Shown here: positions 1-7,401 of the stretch, piece after piece
Numbering within the stretch: position 1 is the first letter of the stretch
How the letters are laid out: each line of letters begins with the position of its first letter
NCBI GenBank assembly: GCA_964439025.1
Contig: CAYTMW010000005.1
Coordinates: 90,671 to 154,670, forward strand
Reading direction: 5' to 3'
Source of the DNA: an uncultured Gemmatimonas sp.
GTDB lineage: Bacteria > Gemmatimonadota > Gemmatimonadetes > Gemmatimonadales > GWC2-71-9
Length of the DNA stretch: 64,000 bases
The notes under the pieces: model-generated
Database searches by the model: none
What the model saw: the letters and a program-made list of their open reading frames with translations, nothing else
What the model was told of the DNA's origin: nothing
Program-made: the position numbers and the translations under genes

Positions 1-1049
1 TGAAGAATCCGTCCTCCTTCGGCCATCCCCGATGCCGCGATGATGACCGCGGGACCGTTGAGCGTGTTCAGGTGCTTGGAATCCTCCACCTTCTTGACGT
101 ATTGCAGCATCGGGAAATCGAAGATCGCGTCGGAATTGGCGAGCATCTGCTCCCGGCGATCGAAGATTTCGGGGTGCATCCGGTATACCGCCGTCGCGTC
201 CACCGCGAGCGGGCTGTCGACGTAGATCCGGATGTCGGGAATGCGGCCCGCCTTCCGGATCTGATGCAGCGAATAGACGACTTCCTGAACCCGTCCCAGG
301 GCAAAAGCCGGAATGAGGACCTTGCCGCCGCGCGCCGCGGTGTGACGAACGACTTCGCCGAGCCGGTCCTCGGCCGCCGCGACCGGCTCATGGTCCTTGT
401 CTCCGTACGTGGATTCGATGATCAGGGTGTCGATCGGCCCGGTCGGGGGATCGGGATCACGAATGATGGGCAGGCCATACCGGCCGATATCCCCGGAGAA
501 GACGATGCGCGTGTTGCCACCTTCGGTGAGGCGCAAATCAACCGTGGCGCTGCCGAGAATGTGGCCCGCTTCGGTATACTCGAACGCCAGATTCTTGCGC
601 AGGTAGTGAATTCGCCGGTACGGAATCCCCGTGATCAGATCCTGAACCGCGATCGCGTCGGCCAGGCTGTAGAGGGGCTGGCTTTCCGGGCTGCTCTTTC
701 CCCGGCGGGCCAGCAACGCGGCGTCACTCTCCTGGATGTGCGCGGCATCGGGCAGCATGACGGCGCAGAGGTCGCGGGTGGCCGGCGTCGCAAAGATCGG
801 TCCGTGGAAGCCATGCCGTACCAGCAGCGGGAGCCTGCCGATGTGATCGATGTGGGCATGACTGACGACGATGGCATCGATCCGGCGGGGATCGAAAGGG
901 AGGTTCGCATTGAGCGCGGCCGCTTCGGCCCGGTGGCCCTGGAACAGTCCGGCGTCGAGGAGTATCCGCGCCCCGGCGGCCTCGAGCAGGTGCATCGAGC
1001 CCGTGACCTGGCCCGCGGCGCCCCAAAAGGTCAACTTCGCTCCGCTCAT
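1..1049 (-). CDS. MBL-fold metallo-hydrolase, beta-CASP RNase family (3' end runs off the window)
   Basis: Manual translation from the ATG at 1049 gives MSGAKLTFWGAAGQVTGSMHLL...ILLDAGLFQG...IDAIVVSHAHIDHIGRLP...IFATPATRDL, with the HxHxDH motif and a typical beta-CASP N-terminus. It is absent from the ORF track because there is no stop in the window. Confidence 0.9.
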   Translation of the reverse strand, partial: MSGAKLTFWGAAGQVTGSMHLLEAAGARILLDAGLFQGHRAEAAALNANLPFDPRRIDAIVVSHAHIDHIGRLPLLVRHGFHGPIFATPATRDLCAVMLPDAAHIQESDAALLARRGKSSPESQPLYSLADAIAVQDLITGIPYRRIHYLRKNLAFEYTEAGHILGSATVDLRLTEGGNTRIVFSGDIGRYGLPIIRDPDPPTGPIDTLIIESTYGDKDHEPVAAAEDRLGEVVRHTAARGGKVLIPAFALGRVQEVVYSLHQIRKAGRIPDIRIYVDSPLAVDATAVYRMHPEIFDRREQMLANSDAIFDFPMLQYVKKVEDSKHLNTLNGPAVIIAASGMAEGGRIL

Positions 1050-1067
1050 CAGCACTGCTCCGAGTTA

Positions 1068-1139
1068 TGTGACCTGTCACCGGTGACCTGTGACCCGTGC
1101 GGATCGGTACAGGTCACCCGTCACAGGTCACAGGTTACC
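1068..1139. repeat. Inverted repeat built from 7-bp tandem units (TGTGACC x4 / GGTCACA x4)
   Basis: Left arm tgtgacc-tgtcacc-ggtgacc-tgtgacc (1068-1095); right arm ggtcacc-cgtcaca-ggtcaca-ggttacc (1112-1139). Lies between upp and the RNase gene. Confidence 0.85.
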
Positions 1140-1142
1140 ACA

Positions 1143-1787
1143 TTATCTGGTCCCGAAGATCCGGTCTCCCGCGTCACCCAGGCCGGGAAGGATATACCCC
1201 TGCTTGTTGAGCTCGCGATCGAGGGCGGTGCTGAACACCGGCACGGTCGGATGGGCGTTGAGCATCGCCTCGACTCCCTCCGGCGCGGCGACCAGGCACA
1301 GGAAGCGGACCCGCGTGGCGCCGGATTCGCGCAGCTTGGAGACGGCGGCGACCGCCGATCCCCCCGTCGCCAGCATCGGATCGAGCACGAAAAAGTCGCG
1401 ATCGGTTTCGGCGGCCGGCACCTTGAAGTAGTAGCTGACGGGAAGCAGGGTCTCGTGGTCCCGGAAGAGCCCGATATGGCCCACCCGGGCCGACGGAATC
1501 AACTGGGTGATGCCCTCCACCATGCCGAGTCCCGCGCGGAGGATCGGCACGAGGGTAAGCTTCTTTCCGGACACCTTTCGCGCCGTGGTCCGCTCCAGCG
1601 GGGTCTCAATCTCCACCATTTCGGTGGCGAGGTTGCGGGTAACCTCATAGGTCATCAGCATTGCGATCTCGTTCACCAGCTGCTTAAAGTCCTTGACCGG
1701 CGTGGACTTGTCCCTGAGAATCGCCAGCTTGTGTTGGATCAGCGGGTGCTCGAGTACGGTCAGATTGGGGAAGTCGGGGGAATGCAT
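1143..1787 (-). CDS. upp: Uracil phosphoribosyltransferase
   Basis: Motifs HPLIQHKL, VPILRAGLGM, VLDPMLATGGS (PRPP-binding) and YILPGLGDAGDRIFGT. Start placed at the ATG at 1787. Confidence 0.97.
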   Translation of the reverse strand: MHSPDFPNLTVLEHPLIQHKLAILRDKSTPVKDFKQLVNEIAMLMTYEVTRNLATEMVEIETPLERTTARKVSGKKLTLVPILRAGLGMVEGITQLIPSARVGHIGLFRDHETLLPVSYYFKVPAAETDRDFFVLDPMLATGGSAVAAVSKLRESGATRVRFLCLVAAPEGVEAMLNAHPTVPVFSTALDRELNKQGYILPGLGDAGDRIFGTR

Positions 1788-1960
1788 CCGGAAAAGATGC
1801 TGGCAGCGGAGCAACTCGGCTAGTACGGCCGCGGGCCGGGATCGGAGATCCTGGCACCGGGAACCCGGCTGTCACGGGAGCGGATGGAGGATTTTCGCGG
1901 TCTGCCGGGCGGGTACCAAGTTGGTATATTCCCCGGATTCATACTGCCCCGGAGTCATGT

Positions 1961-2962
1961 ATGCACCGTCTCGTCCTGGCGATCGGCCTCGTCGCCATCG
2001 CCATGCCCGCTGCCGCGCAACCCAATCCGTTCAAGACTCCCAAGTCCAACATCCAAGGCGGCGCCGAGGTCACTTATACGCTGACCGGGGACATAAGTGG
2101 AACGGCGGTGATGGCGTTCGACAGCGACCGCTGGGTGCGGAAGCAGACCAGCACCATGAAGATGATGGGAAAGACCACCACGACGGACACCTGGACGCTG
2201 ACCACGCCGGATTCGATGTACAACGCCGATGTCACGAAGAAGCAGGGAACGGTGATGCCCAACCTGGTTCCTCTCATGGCCAAGGCGTATGATAAGCTGG
2301 ACGGCACCGGCAAAAAGAACCTGCACCAGAACATGGGCGACTTGGCCTCGATGTTCACGAAGCTTGCTCCGGCCAGTTTGGGCGTCGTGGGTGAAGAGCT
2401 GGGGAAGAAGACCTACGCCGGTCAGGAATGCGAGGAACGAAAAATCGGTCCGGTCGTCATGTGCAGCATGAGTAAGGCGCCGATCGTGCTGCACTCCCAG
2501 ACCAAGCTCGCCTGTTTCAACATGGAGGAGACCGCGACCGAGGTGAAGCTGGGGTCGGCATCCCCCGCCGCGTTCGCCCCGCCGGCCGGCGTGGTCTTCA
2601 GCCCCGACAAAAACGTGCCGAATGCCGACTCGGCGGCGTACGGGATCGTGAACTACCTGGCGAGCCAGGCTCTGGCCGACTCGCTGGCCAAGGCGAGAGC
2701 GGAGCTTGAGGCCGCCCAGGCCAAGGCGGGGCAGAGCGGGGGAGAAACGCCGAAGCTGACCCCCGAGCAGGAAGCGTCGATGCAGAAGGCCTGCGAAATG
2801 ATGAAGAACTTCGACGTCGGGAACGTAGTCGGCAATGTCGCCAACTACGCCCTGAAGTCGGTCGCGGAACAGGCGAAGCAGGCGGCCATCAACGCGGCCA
2901 AGAACGCGGCGAAAAAGAAGATCGAGGGCATCTTCAAGAAGCCGAAGATTCCCCTGATGTAA
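1961..2962 (+). CDS. Secreted hypothetical protein (DUF4412-like)
   Basis: Signal peptide MHRLVLAIGLVAIAMPAAA; LGKKTYAGQECE and FAPPAG motifs resemble DUF4412/GLPGLI-like proteins; natural amino-acid composition. Confidence 0.65.
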   Translation: MHRLVLAIGLVAIAMPAAAQPNPFKTPKSNIQGGAEVTYTLTGDISGTAVMAFDSDRWVRKQTSTMKMMGKTTTTDTWTLTTPDSMYNADVTKKQGTVMPNLVPLMAKAYDKLDGTGKKNLHQNMGDLASMFTKLAPASLGVVGEELGKKTYAGQECEERKIGPVVMCSMSKAPIVLHSQTKLACFNMEETATEVKLGSASPAAFAPPAGVVFSPDKNVPNADSAAYGIVNYLASQALADSLAKARAELEAAQAKAGQSGGETPKLTPEQEASMQKACEMMKNFDVGNVVGNVANYALKSVAEQAKQAAINAAKNAAKKKIEGIFKKPKIPLM

Positions 2963-2968
2963 GCGGCG

Positions 2969-4081
2969 CTAATCGGGGAATCCCTCGCGGGGGATTCCCC
3001 GAATCACCCGCAACGCGTTCCGGTAATAGATTTTCCTCAAGACGGGGTCGGGCAGCTCGAGGCCGTACATCTTCCAGAAAGCGTGGCGCTTCCGGTAGTA
3101 ATCGAAGTACTCGTCCCCGGTCTCGAAGACGCGGAAGTAGACCGGGTACTCCTCCGCGGCATAGGTGTCCTTTCCCATCATCACCCGGTCCTGGTACTTG
3201 ATCAGGAATTCCCGTGCGGCGCGCGGTTGACGGCCCAACTCGTAGAGGACCGCCCCCACCTCGGTGGTCACGTTGGGCAGCGAATCGAGCAGGCGCCCGA
3301 GCCGGCCCAGGTCCGCGCCCATCCAGTCGAGGTGGGCCGCGATGAACTGGGTCCTGGGGTGCCGCTTGAATACGCGGTGCTGCTCGGTCATCAACGAGTC
3401 GAAGGGAGGATAGCGCTCCGGGGGACGGGCCCGGCCGGGAAACTGGGTCAGCTCGAGCCAGCGCTCGTTGTATTTGTCGAGGGGCTCGAAGAACGCCGCG
3501 GGCTCGGCGGTGTGGATGAGCACGGGGATGCCCAGCTCGCCCGCCTTGCGCCACACCGGATCGAACCGGGGATCGTCGGTGCGGATCCTCCGCCCCCGAG
3601 CGTCCTTCAGGTCCATCCCCAGGTTCTTGAAGATCTTGAGGCCGACCGCGCCCGACTGCTTGACGTCCTGCTCCAGCTGGGCCGCCGCGCCGGCGCCCCA
3701 GTCCGGATCATCGATGCCGGAAAAGTTGAGGTTGGCAAAGAAGACCACCCGTCCCTTGTACCGGGAGTAGGTACGGATCCCGGCGGCCAGCGCCTGTCCC
3801 TGGCGGCCGCTCAGGTTGACCATCACCCGCATGTTGAGCGCGTCCATTTCGGCGATGAGCTTATCGAGCACCGCCGCCTGTGGGTTGAGCGACTGATGTC
3901 CATGAACATCGATGAAGGGGTACTTGGCGCGCGGCCTGGGATGGGCGGGTACGATCAGGGTGGAACGCGGGTCGTACTCCTCGATGCTCATCGTGGGGCG
4001 AGGCGACTGGGCCCGAACCCGGGGGGCAAGTACCCCGGCCGTGGCGAAGACCAACGCTGCAGATACCGGCAGGAAGCGCAT
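2969..4081 (-). CDS. Amidohydrolase family protein (Amidohydro_2), exported
   Basis: IDVHGH metal motif, GLKI, PVLIH, FIAAH and MGKD motifs; N-terminal signal peptide. Confidence 0.88.
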   Translation of the reverse strand: MRFLPVSAALVFATAGVLAPRVRAQSPRPTMSIEEYDPRSTLIVPAHPRPRAKYPFIDVHGHQSLNPQAAVLDKLIAEMDALNMRVMVNLSGRQGQALAAGIRTYSRYKGRVVFFANLNFSGIDDPDWGAGAAAQLEQDVKQSGAVGLKIFKNLGMDLKDARGRRIRTDDPRFDPVWRKAGELGIPVLIHTAEPAAFFEPLDKYNERWLELTQFPGRARPPERYPPFDSLMTEQHRVFKRHPRTQFIAAHLDWMGADLGRLGRLLDSLPNVTTEVGAVLYELGRQPRAAREFLIKYQDRVMMGKDTYAAEEYPVYFRVFETGDEYFDYYRKRHAFWKMYGLELPDPVLRKIYYRNALRVIRGIPREGFPD

Positions 4082-4129
4082 GATTTTCTTGAGGTTAGAG
4101 GGTCCGCTGGTTATATTTTCGCGCCTTCG

Positions 4130-4202
<73 letters not shown>

Positions 4203-4240
4203 TACGCGACCATTCTAACCATACGGTGGTTCGAGTCCAG

Positions 4241-4303
4241 GGAGTAGCGAAGCGCGAAGAGCGAGGAGGATGTTTCCCTTCGCTCCTCGCGTTTCGCGAC
4301 TCC
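4241..4303. repeat. Inverted repeat built from 7-bp units (GCGAAGA-like x3 / TCCTCGC-like x3); possible terminator for the tRNA
   Basis: ggagt-a-gcgaagc-gcgaaga-gcgagga ... ccttcgc-tcctcgc-gtttcgc-g-actcc. Confidence 0.7.
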
Positions 4304-4341
4304 TGAGTCTCGCCGCTTGACGCGCCAGAGGCTGGGACGTA

Positions 4342-4364
4342 CATATATGGTAGTACCATATATG
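4342..4364. promoter_or_regulatory. AT-rich palindrome, putative PadR autoregulatory operator
   Basis: Perfect 11-bp arms CATATATGGTA-g-TACCATATATG just upstream of padR; a TTGACG -35-like hexamer sits at 4317-4322. Confidence 0.65.
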
Positions 4365-4373
4365 GAGAGACCA

Positions 4374-4706
4374 ATGCCGGAGCGGGAATGGAAGAAGGGC
4401 AGTGCCGAGCTGCTGGTCCTGTCGCTGATCGAGCACGAGCCGCATCACGGCTACGAGCTGGGCAAGCTGATCGAGTCCCGCTCGAAGGGCGTGCTCCGCT
4501 TCCATGTCGCTTCGCTCTACCCGCTGCTCTATCGGCTGGAGAACCGCGGCTGGATCGACGGCCGCTGGGTTGAGAAGGCGGGACAGCGACGGCGCCGCTA
4601 TTACCGGCTCACGGTCGACGGAAAGAAGATCCTGGCCGCCCAACGGAAGACATGGACCGCGTTCGCCCAGGCCATCAATCGCATCGCGGGGGTGCAGCAT
4701 GCATGA
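4374..4706 (+). CDS. PadR family transcriptional regulator (ADOP-associated type)
   Basis: KKGSAELLVLSL, HGYELGKLI, SLYPLLYRLE and RRYYRLT winged-HTH motifs; GGAGA Shine-Dalgarno before the ATG at 4374. Confidence 0.93.
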   Translation: MPEREWKKGSAELLVLSLIEHEPHHGYELGKLIESRSKGVLRFHVASLYPLLYRLENRGWIDGRWVEKAGQRRRRYYRLTVDGKKILAAQRKTWTAFAQAINRIAGVQHA

Positions 4707-7389
4707 CTGGCGCGAGGAGCTCCGGCGGCGGCTGGCGCCGCTCCGGTTGTCTCCGGTGCGGGAAGCCGAAGTCGTGGAGGAGCTCTCCCAGCACCTCGAG
4801 GACCGGTTCGACGACCTGGTTGCCCGCGGCATCGGCATGAGCGAAGCTCGGTGCATCGCCCTCGACGAGCTCTCCGAAAAGGAGCTCGCCGAGGGATTGA
4901 CCGACGTTCTGCCCCCGGCACAGGCGGCGATACCGCCGCCCGGTGTCGGAGGTGGTGAGGGGCGGCTCGGGCAGTTCTTCCAGGATCTGCGGTTCGGCAT
5001 TCGGATGCTCCGCACCCGGCCCGGCTTTACGACGGTCGCGGTCCTCACGCTGGCGCTGGGCATCGGCGCCAACACCGCCATCTTCAGCACCGTCAACGGT
5101 GTGCTGCTCAGGCCGCTGCCCTATCCCGAAGCGGACCAGCTGATCACCTTCTGGGGCACCGCGCCGGAAAAGCGCCTGCCCGAAGTCAACTACCCCGACG
5201 CGATGTTCGTCTTCTTCCATCAACGGACCCGGGTCTTCGAATCGCTGGCGGCGTATGCCGGCCGTGGCTTCAGCCTTTCCGGCGATGGGGAGCCGGAGCT
5301 CGTCCCGGGCACGACGGTGTCCCCCGATTTCTTCACCGTGATGAAGCAGGTTCCGGTGGCGGGGCGCGGCTTCCTGCCGGAGGACGGAACCGAGGGCAAG
5401 AACAACGTGGCGGTGGTGAGCCATGCGCTCTGGCAGCGCCGTTTCGGGGGAGATCGCAATTTCCTCGGCAAGTCCATCTTGGTAGGCGGCCAGCCGACCG
5501 TGGTCGTCGGCATCATGCCAAAGGGGTTCGATTTTCCGGACCGGGCCGAGCTGTGGCTGCCGCTGGTGCTCGATCCGGAGGGATTGAACAGCTGGTACCT
5601 CGACACGGTGGGCCGGCTCAAGCCCGGCCAGACGGTGGACGACGCGCACCGTGAAGTGGTCGCCATGAGCGACGAGTTCATGCTGAGCCGGCCGGCGCAC
5701 TTCCCCGGCGCCAAGCCTGGGGCGAGGGCGGTGGTGCAACCCCTGCTACACAGCCTGGTGGGAGACGCGCGCACGCCGCTCCTGGTGCTCCTGGGTGCGG
5801 TGGGATTCGTGCTGCTCATCGCGTCCGCCAACATCGGCAACCTGCTCCTGGCTCGGGCGCTCGTGCGGAGCAGGGAAATGGCGCTTCGCTGCTGTCTTGG
5901 CGCCAGTACCGGCCGGCTCGCCGCACAGTTCCTGACCGAAAGCCTGGTGCTCGCGGTCTTGGGCGGCGGGGCGGGGCTCTTGCTCGCTGGGCTCGGCATC
6001 CGCGTCATCCGCGTCATCCGGGGCCTCGAAGTCGGGCCGATTCCCCGGCTCGAGGAGGTTCGGCTCGATCCGCTCGCCCTGCTGTTTACCCTTGGCGTCA
6101 CCCTCACCGCCGCTGTGCTGTTCGGGGTGGCGCCGGCCATCCGTGCCTCACGGGCGGACCTGCTCGACGGACTCAGAGAAGGGGCCCGCGGCGGCACCTC
6201 CGGAGGCGCGCGCCGACTGAGCCACGGATTCGTGGTGGCGCAGTTCGCGTTGTCGCTGGTCCTGCTGATTGGCGCGGGTCTCTTGCTCCGGAGCTTCCGG
6301 CGCACGCTGGAAGTAGACCCCGGGTTCCGGCCCGACAACGTGCTGACGGCGCGTGTCCAGCTGCCGTGGCCCAAGTACGGGAACGACACGGTGGTGCGGG
6401 TGTTCCAGAGCCGCCTGCTGGAGTCGGTGCGGTCCATCCCCGGGGTGCACCAGGTGGGGCTGGCCAACCGGGTGCCGTTCAGCCGGGGCAATCCGCAGCA
6501 GAACCTGTACGTCGAGGGGCAGCCAAGTCAGCCCGGGGAGGCGGTCCCCGTCATCAACGTCCGCGGCGTCTCGACCGGCTACTTCGACGCCATCGGCACG
6601 CCGATCCTGAAAGGGCGCGGCTTCCTCACCAGCGACGACCCGAGCGCACCCCCCGTCGTCGTCGTGGACGAGACGGTGGCTCGGCAGTACTGGCCCGGCG
6701 GCGATCCCATCGGCAAGCGCATCCGCACCAGTACCGACAGCGGCGCGCCGTGGCTCACCATCGTGGGCGTGGCGCCCAACATCAAGCATGCCAGTCTGCG
6801 GGAGCGGCCCAACTTCGAGATGTACCAGCCCATCGCGCAGCGGCCCAGCTGGTCCAGCTACATCGTAATCCGCGCCGGCGGCGCTTCCGAGGGCATGGTG
6901 GCGGGACTCCGCCGCCGGGTGACCGAGCTGGACCCGACGCTGCCCGTCTCCGAAGTGCATACCATGGAAGGGGCAATGGCCGAGTCGCTCAGTGTCGCCC
7001 GGCTCACCAACCTGTTGCTCACCGGGTTCGCGGGTTTGGCACTGCTGCTGGCGGTGATCGGGATTTACGGCGTGATGTCGCTGAGCGTGAATGGACGGCT
7101 GAACGAGTTCGGCGTGCGGCTCGCGTTGGGCGCGGCGCCCCGCGACGTGATTCGTCTGGTGATGCGCCAGGGACTGATGCTGGCTCTCCTCGGGCTCGTG
7201 ATCGGGCTGGCCGGCGCGCTGTGGCTCACGCGGTTCCTTGGCACCATGCTGTTCCAGGTGAGCCCGATGGATCCCGTCACCTTCGTGACCGTGGGAGGCG
7301 TGCTGACGCTGGCGGCGGCTCTGGCGTGCTACATTCCGGCGCGGCGGGCCACGCGGGCGGACCCGATTGCGGTGCTGCGGCGGGAATAG
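4699..7389 (+). CDS. ABC permease, ADOP-type duplicated MacB/FtsX permease
   Basis: QDLRFGIRML...LTLALGIGANTAIFS, two MacB-PCD/FtsX repeats and C-terminal PARRATRADP. Start overlaps the end of padR. Confidence 0.93.
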   Translation: MHDWREELRRRLAPLRLSPVREAEVVEELSQHLEDRFDDLVARGIGMSEARCIALDELSEKELAEGLTDVLPPAQAAIPPPGVGGGEGRLGQFFQDLRFGIRMLRTRPGFTTVAVLTLALGIGANTAIFSTVNGVLLRPLPYPEADQLITFWGTAPEKRLPEVNYPDAMFVFFHQRTRVFESLAAYAGRGFSLSGDGEPELVPGTTVSPDFFTVMKQVPVAGRGFLPEDGTEGKNNVAVVSHALWQRRFGGDRNFLGKSILVGGQPTVVVGIMPKGFDFPDRAELWLPLVLDPEGLNSWYLDTVGRLKPGQTVDDAHREVVAMSDEFMLSRPAHFPGAKPGARAVVQPLLHSLVGDARTPLLVLLGAVGFVLLIASANIGNLLLARALVRSREMALRCCLGASTGRLAAQFLTESLVLAVLGGGAGLLLAGLGIRVIRVIRGLEVGPIPRLEEVRLDPLALLFTLGVTLTAAVLFGVAPAIRASRADLLDGLREGARGGTSGGARRLSHGFVVAQFALSLVLLIGAGLLLRSFRRTLEVDPGFRPDNVLTARVQLPWPKYGNDTVVRVFQSRLLESVRSIPGVHQVGLANRVPFSRGNPQQNLYVEGQPSQPGEAVPVINVRGVSTGYFDAIGTPILKGRGFLTSDDPSAPPVVVVDETVARQYWPGGDPIGKRIRTSTDSGAPWLTIVGVAPNIKHASLRERPNFEMYQPIAQRPSWSSYIVIRAGGASEGMVAGLRRRVTELDPTLPVSEVHTMEGAMAESLSVARLTNLLLTGFAGLALLLAVIGIYGVMSLSVNGRLNEFGVRLALGAAPRDVIRLVMRQGLMLALLGLVIGLAGALWLTRFLGTMLFQVSPMDPVTFVTVGGVLTLAAALACYIPARRATRADPIAVLRRE

Positions 7390-7401
7390 CTGGTTCGCCG
7401 C

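Noticed and set aside
72-1823. 583-aa plus-strand ORF, and similar long ORFs at 11465-14245, 14688-17189, 44697-46766 and others
   Set aside because: These are antisense or off-frame shadows of well-supported genes, expected in high-GC DNA. They have no motifs and an Arg/Gly/Ala-skewed composition.
4225-4240. GGTGGTTCGAGTCCAG, a T-loop-like string just after tRNA-Phe (possible att duplication or second tRNA)
   Set aside because: Only a 3-bp stem, no cloverleaf, poor match to the tRNA 3' end, no integrase, and no second copy seen in the window.
5998-6020. 9-bp tandem duplication encoding IRVIRVIR in the ADOP permease
   Set aside because: A single in-frame slippage duplication with no inverted partner and no similarity to the CACAGA unit.
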